Source: Armatimonadota bacterium (GTDB taxonomy: Bacteria; Sysuimicrobiota; Sysuimicrobiia; Sysuimicrobiales; Humicultoraceae). Taken from it: a stretch of 11,018 bases of DNA. A model generated the notes under the pieces. The model made no database searches. It had not been told where the DNA came from and saw only the letters and a program-made list of their open reading frames with translations. A program made the position numbers and the translations under genes. Every line of letters starts with the position of its first letter. Within the stretch, counting starts at the first letter, position 1. The stretch spans positions 1 through 11,018 of the forward strand of contig JBQTJP010000307.1 of NCBI GenBank assembly GCA_052386995.1. Direction: 5' to 3'. Positions 6,900 through 11,018 of this stretch are shown one piece after another.

Positions 6900-7595
6900 C
6901 TACCGGCCATTGTCCTTCGGTAGCAGCACGAACAGCTGCACATGGGTCACTGTCCCGAACGGCCCGGGATCGGTCGCGTATGTCTTGCCGTCGCTGTGCC
7001 AGGCGATCGCCAGGCCCGCCGCAAGCTGCTCACCGCTCAACTGCAAGCACGGCTTAAAGGAGAGCCTGTAGTTAGCCTTCCCGTCCGCGCGCGCCGTGAA
7101 AGTGTTTTGCGACCCGTTGCGGGCGCCGAGCGGCAGGTCGAGCGTCCCGGTGAAAGGTGTCGGGGGCGGCATGGGGAGGAAGAAGTACCACATCGTGTAG
7201 ACGCCCTTAGGCACCAGGCCTTCGAAGCGAGCCGTCACCGTGCCCTGGCCACGCTCGCAGCTATACGTCCCGCTGCCCTTCGCTGCCAGCCACTGGCCCA
7301 GGGTGATACCCAGCGCCCGGCCCTTCGGGTACGGGCCCAGGTCTTTCGCGTCGAAGGGGTTGTGCTTGATAGAGCTTGCCGCGGCATAGAGAGGTGCGGC
7401 CATGTCCTTGTCGGCCGCCGTCACGCGGTACACCTTTCCTGGCTCCGTGGATCTTTTTATGTAGATATCCTGCTCAGGCAGCTTGGCCTGCAGGTGATTG
7501 ACGAACTGGAGCTTGATGGCCATACCGGCTGACGCCTGGGACGCGAGAAGCGCGGCAGCCAGTACAATGGCGAGAACGAATGCCACCTTTGACAT
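6900..7595 (-). CDS. Secreted beta-rich protein of unknown function, 231 aa
   Basis: Start trimmed to ATG 7595, with GGAGGAAGGGA at 7602-7612. Clear signal peptide MSKVAFVLAIVLAAALLASQASA-G. Motifs GLVPKGVYTMW, AWHSDGKTY, PGPFGTVTHVQL; two Cys and four His. Confidence 0.85.
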   Translation of the reverse strand: MSKVAFVLAIVLAAALLASQASAGMAIKLQFVNHLQAKLPEQDIYIKRSTEPGKVYRVTAADKDMAAPLYAAASSIKHNPFDAKDLGPYPKGRALGITLGQWLAAKGSGTYSCERGQGTVTARFEGLVPKGVYTMWYFFLPMPPPTPFTGTLDLPLGARNGSQNTFTARADGKANYRLSFKPCLQLSGEQLAAGLAIAWHSDGKTYATDPGPFGTVTHVQLFVLLPKDNGR

Positions 7596-7649
7596 CTTCT
7601 GTCCCTTCCTCCGGGCCCATGACATCGGCGGACCCAGGTTGTGTACTTG

Positions 7650-7678
7650 AGAATAGGGCGGAAGGGGCTGGACGTCAT
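7650..7678 (-). promoter_or_regulatory. Putative sigma70-type promoter for the downstream operon
   Basis: Minus strand ATGACG (7678-7673), 17-nt spacer, TATTCT (7655-7650). Each hexamer matches consensus at 4/6, and the key -10 bases T, A and final T are kept. Confidence 0.6.
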
Positions 7679-7695
7679 CGGAAGGATTTCCGACG
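7676..7695. promoter_or_regulatory. Palindromic operator candidate TCGGAA-N4-TTCCGA
   Basis: Perfect 6-bp inverted repeat at 7678-7683 and 7688-7693, extendable by one pair after a mismatch; abuts the putative -35. Confidence 0.55.
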
Positions 7696-7715
7696 CCCGG
7701 CACTTTCTTGCCGGG
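7696..7715 (-). other. 7-bp inverted repeat directly after the regulator stop codon
   Basis: Minus strand CCCGGCA-AGAAAG-TGCCGGG with no U-tract; could be an RNA hairpin or a second protein-binding site. Confidence 0.5.
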
Positions 7716-7716
7716 A

Positions 7717-10623
7717 TCAGGCCTCGGCGGGTACCAGGCCGTGCTGGACGGCCCAGACAGCAATCTGGGCCCGTGAGTTGACCCCGAGCTTGTCCATGAT
7801 GTGCTCAATGTGGCTGACCGCGGTGCGCTCGGTTACCCCGAGGGTGCCGGCGATCGCCCGATTGGACAGCCCCCGGGCGACCAGCGCGGCGACCTGCTGC
7901 TCGCGTCCGGTCAGGGGTACAACGGCGCGGGGCTTCCGCGCCTCGTCGCCGGCCGCCTCTGCCTGAGCGGCCTCTACAAGCGCCGATCTCCCCATGCGCC
8001 GCCCTTCGTCCCACAGCGTCCCGAAGCGGCGTCCGAGGGCGCTCCGAAGCGACCGGATCTGGACATCATAGGGTCCCTGTTCCACCGAGTCCCGGGGAGC
8101 CCCCAGCGTCGTCCGCAGGGTTTCCGCGCCGCCAAGCAGGCGCGTCGCCATCTCGGGATTGCGCCGCGCGGCCGCTACCGCCGCCAGTCCTTCGACCGCC
8201 TGCGCGATTCCGCGATCATCCTCGATACCCCGGTAGAGCGCAAGACTCCTGTCGAGGAACTCTGCGGCCCGGGGGATCTCGCCGGAGCGGAGCACCAGTT
8301 GCCCGAGGTGCCACGTGGCCCAGGCGATCGCCCAGCGATAGTCTTGTTCCTCGAACAGTTGCAGGCTCTGTTCCAAGAGGGTCCGGGCTTCACCATCATC
8401 TCCCCGCGCGCGCGCATCCAACGCCAGGTCGTAGAGCGCCCAGGCGACCCCCCGCTTGTTGCCGATCTTTTCGTATATGGCCTCGCTTTTTCGATGGAGA
8501 TTTTCGGCCCGGGCATAGTCACCCTGTGTACGGGCAACGTGCCCGAGGAACGCCGTGGCTGCTGCCTCGACCCGTGTGTCCCTCGTTTCCTGAGCCAAGG
8601 CCCGCGCCTGATCGAATCGCGAGAGAGCCAGGTCGAGTTGACCACGACTCCAGGCCAGCGCCCCGGCAGGCACGAGGAGAGGCAACTTCGCGGGCTCCGG
8701 TGCGTACAGATCGGCTCCGAGGATCCTGTCCATCCATGCCGACCCTTCGCTCAGGTAGCCGCGCATATAGCAGTGATAGCCCAATCCACTGCCGGCCGCA
8801 AATGCGATATGTCCGTCCCTCTTGCCGATCGCCAACTCAATCGCGGCCTGCACGTTGTCTCGCTCAAGACCCATGGCCGCGATGCTGGGCTCCTCGTCGA
8901 CGGTGAGCACTGCCTGTTCCGTCCGTCGAGCAATTTCCGCAAAGTAGCGCGCGTGCCGCTCGCGCAACTGCTCTAGCTCCCCCGCGGTCTTGAGCTGTTC
9001 GATCGCGTACTCACGGATGGCCTCCAGCATGCCGAACCTCACGCCGCCGTCAGGCTGGGCCGTCTGACGGATGAGGCTCTTGTCGACAAGTGAGGCCAAG
9101 CCCTCGAGGATATCCAGACCCGCTTCGCCATCACATACTGCCGCCGCGGCGTCCAGCGTCCACCCTCCCACGAACACTCCAAGGCGGCGCAACAGCATGC
9201 GTTCATTATCCGCCAGCAGGCCGTCCGACCACGCGATGGCCGCGCGCAGTGTTCGCTGCCGGGCGGGCAGGTCGCGCGGCCCGCTGGTCAGCACTTCGAG
9301 CTGGTGCTGCAGTCGCAAGAGGATTTCCTTCGGGGAGAGGACCTTTACGCGCGGCGCGCACAATTCGATCGCGAGCGGCAGCCCATCGAGCCGGATGCAG
9401 ATCTCCGCTACGGCCGCTGCGCTCTCAGCCGTCATAGAGAAATCCGCCCGCACGGCACGGGCACGCTCCAGAAAGAGCGCCACCGCCGGTACCTTCGCCA
9501 GGTCGTTGGGTCTGGCGGCCTGCGCCCGATCCGGCATCGCCAGAGGCGGAACCGCGAATTCGCGCTCCCAGGTGAGCCGGAGCCGCTCGCGGCTCGTGAC
9601 CAGCACCTTTAGTTGAGGGGCGGCCTCGAGGATCTGCCCCACCTGCGGCGCCGCTTCCACCACCTGCTCGAAGTTGTCCAGGATAAGGAGGAACGCACGG
9701 CCGGAGAGGTGCTCCGCCACGCGGTCCGCAAGAAAGCCCGACCCCGCCTCGCGCAATCCCAACGCACTCGCAATTGCGTAAAGCACGAGGCCGGCATCGG
9801 TAATCGAAGAGAGATCGACGATTACCATTCCTTCAAAGTGCGGCTCAACGGACCCCGCGATCTCCAGGCCGAGCCGCGTCTTGCCGATACCCGGCGGGCC
9901 CGTCAGGGTGAGCAGGCGGACGTCAGGCCGGAGCAGAAGGCTGCGAATAGCCGCGACCTCCTGGTCGCGACCGATAACCGGCGCAGGACCGGTCAGCGCA
10001 GCAGTACCCTGCTGTCCCTCCTTGCGGGCCAGAAACCGTCGAACCTGGGTCAGGACGTCATAAACCGCGTCGGCCGAGCGAAGCGGCGGGAAGTCGGCCG
10101 GCAGTCCCGGCACGATGGCCTGAAAGATGCGCAACGCGCTCAGATCCTTGAGCCGGTGACTTCCCAGGTCTCTTAGCTCCACAGCGGGTGGTAAGGCCTC
10201 GCCGAGCAACTCCCGTGTCGCCTGCGACAGCAGGATCTGCCTGCCGTGTCCTGCCGCGCAGATTCGTGCAGCGCGGTGCACGTCGATCCCCACGTAACCT
10301 CCGTTCACCGCCGTCGGCTCTCCCGTGTGCAGCGCCATTCGGACGTTGACCTCAACACCGTCAGGCCAGTCGTGCTCGACGATCGTGCGTTGCGCCGCCA
10401 CGGCGCCCTGTAATGCGTTGCTCGCTCGAGAGAAGACGGCGAAAAACCCGTCGCCCTCCACCTCAACCTGGTGGCCACCGAATTCCGCGAAGGTATTCCT
10501 CAGGAGACGCCGGTAGGTGTCCAGCAGGGAAGCGAATCGGTCGCCGAGTTGCTGGAGGAGCCGTGTTGACCCCTCGATGTCGGCGAACAGCAGAGTAACG
10601 GTTCCGGTTGGTAGAGCCCTCAT
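7717..10623 (-). CDS. Class III nucleotide cyclase - STAND (NB-ARC-like) ATPase - TPR - LuxR HTH transcriptional regulator, 968 aa
   Basis: Cyclase: [45 protein letters not shown]. ATPase: Walker A GPPGIGKT, Walker [29 protein letters not shown]-like helical repeats follow. C-terminal [31 protein letters not shown]...[14 protein letters not shown] 10623 is preferred over TTG 10662. Confidence 0.95.
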   Translation of the reverse strand: MRALPTGTVTLLFADIEGSTRLLQQLGDRFASLLDTYRRLLRNTFAEFGGHQVEVEGDGFFAVFSRASNALQGAVAAQRTIVEHDWPDGVEVNVRMALHTGEPTAVNGGYVGIDVHRAARICAAGHGRQILLSQATRELLGEALPPAVELRDLGSHRLKDLSALRIFQAIVPGLPADFPPLRSADAVYDVLTQVRRFLARKEGQQGTAALTGPAPVIGRDQEVAAIRSLLLRPDVRLLTLTGPPGIGKTRLGLEIAGSVEPHFEGMVIVDLSSITDAGLVLYAIASALGLREAGSGFLADRVAEHLSGRAFLLILDNFEQVVEAAPQVGQILEAAPQLKVLVTSRERLRLTWEREFAVPPLAMPDRAQAARPNDLAKVPAVALFLERARAVRADFSMTAESAAAVAEICIRLDGLPLAIELCAPRVKVLSPKEILLRLQHQLEVLTSGPRDLPARQRTLRAAIAWSDGLLADNERMLLRRLGVFVGGWTLDAAAAVCDGEAGLDILEGLASLVDKSLIRQTAQPDGGVRFGMLEAIREYAIEQLKTAGELEQLRERHARYFAEIARRTEQAVLTVDEEPSIAAMGLERDNVQAAIELAIGKRDGHIAFAAGSGLGYHCYMRGYLSEGSAWMDRILGADLYAPEPAKLPLLVPAGALAWSRGQLDLALSRFDQARALAQETRDTRVEAAATAFLGHVARTQGDYARAENLHRKSEAIYEKIGNKRGVAWALYDLALDARARGDDGEARTLLEQSLQLFEEQDYRWAIAWATWHLGQLVLRSGEIPRAAEFLDRSLALYRGIEDDRGIAQAVEGLAAVAAARRNPEMATRLLGGAETLRTTLGAPRDSVEQGPYDVQIRSLRSALGRRFGTLWDEGRRMGRSALVEAAQAEAAGDEARKPRAVVPLTGREQQVAALVARGLSNRAIAGTLGVTERTAVSHIEHIMDKLGVNSRAQIAVWAVQHGLVPAEA

Positions 10624-10672
10624 GGGAAGGGCTTTCGTCGCTTCAAAGGAACTCCTCAGCAACCCGTTTCAC

Positions 10673-11018
10673 ATGATTCCCTACGACGCGATCATCATCG
10701 GCGCAGGACACAATGGCCTTGTGGCCGCGGCATATCTTTCGATTGCGGGGCTCCGCGTCCTGGTCCTGGAACGGCGTGATGTGGTTGGCGGAGCCTGTGT
10801 CACCGAGGAGGTTTGGCCCGGATACAAGGTGTCCACGGCCGCGTACCTCTGCGGTCTGTTGCAGCCCAGGATCATCAGCGATCTGGAGCTCCACCGTTTC
10901 GGATACGAGATTCTTCCCAAGGATCCCGCCTTCTTCAGCCCCCATCAGGGCGGAGGGGGGTTCTTCGTCTGGGCCGATCCGCGCCGCACCGCGGAGGAGA
11001 TCGCGCGCTTCTCCAGGA
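10673..11018 (+). CDS. NAD(P)/FAD-dependent oxidoreductase, phytoene desaturase-related family (5' part, truncated)
   Basis: Manual translation: MIPYDAIIIGAGHNGLVAAAYLSIAGLRVLVLERRDVVGGACVTEEVWPGYKVSTAAYLCGLLQPRIISDLEL..., with the Rossmann GxGxxG, an acidic residue ending beta-2 and the GG motif. Open to the window end; not in the ORF track. Confidence 0.93.
   Translation, partial: MIPYDAIIIGAGHNGLVAAAYLSIAGLRVLVLERRDVVGGACVTEEVWPGYKVSTAAYLCGLLQPRIISDLELHRFGYEILPKDPAFFSPHQGGGGFFVWADPRRTAEEIARFSR

Noticed and set aside
6854..6943. Cys-rich N-terminal extension MCSCSCCYRR on the NTF2-like ORF
   Set aside because: Arises from overlap with the end of the upstream gene; the RBS supports ATG 6853.
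7801..8976. 391-aa plus-strand ORF
   Set aside because: Antisense to the TPR/LuxR part of the regulator; Arg/Pro/Gly-rich with no domain signal.
240..10623. Anti-phage interpretation (Avs-like STAND-TPR, or Pycsar-like cyclase plus membrane effector)
   Set aside because: Not excluded, but the LuxR HTH, operator-like palindrome, secreted proteins and metabolic enzymes fit a regulated metabolic or envelope operon better. No nuclease, TIR or other known defence effector is visible.
10673..11018. Calling the oxidoreductase crtI and the cluster a carotenoid glycoside pathway
   Set aside because: Only the FAD-binding N-terminus is visible, the GAGHNGL subtype covers many non-carotenoid enzymes, and no crtB/crtE is in the window.
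1..11018. CRISPR array, tRNA/rRNA, transposase or integrase
   Set aside because: No regularly spaced repeats, RNA gene signatures or recombinase motifs were seen; nearly all sequence is accounted for by protein-coding genes.

Overview
High-GC bacterial DNA dominated by one minus-strand gene cluster. In transcription order it encodes: (1) a 968-aa regulator with class III nucleotide cyclase, STAND (NB-ARC-like) ATPase, TPR and LuxR-HTH domains (7717-10623); (2) a 121-bp spacer with a sigma70-like promoter and a palindrome centred near -42; (3) a secreted protein of unknown function; (4) an NTF2/SnoaL-like protein; (5) two more secreted proteins, one PrcB-C-like and one preceded in frame by a relic 5' end of a lost hydrolase gene; (6) three tandem, GTGA-coupled paralogous alpha/beta hydrolases whose triad positions are Gly-Asp-Ser, Ser-Asp-His and Cys-Asp-His, the last fused to a GT-B glycosyltransferase; (7) a membrane protein with a twice-repeated HxxEH...HFx[WY]N motif fused to a cyclic-nucleotide-binding domain. 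Two truncated genes missing from the ORF track lie at the edges: a coiled-coil N-terminus (1-101, minus) and a divergent phytoene-desaturase-family FAD oxidoreductase (10673-11018, plus). The strongest candidate for an undescribed system is the whole cluster: a cyclase-bearing transcription activator at its head and a cNMP-binding membrane metalloprotein at its tail, around a hydrolase/pseudo-hydrolase/glycosyltransferase module. All family calls come from motif recognition by eye; no database search was run. No rRNA, tRNA, CRISPR array or mobile element was seen.
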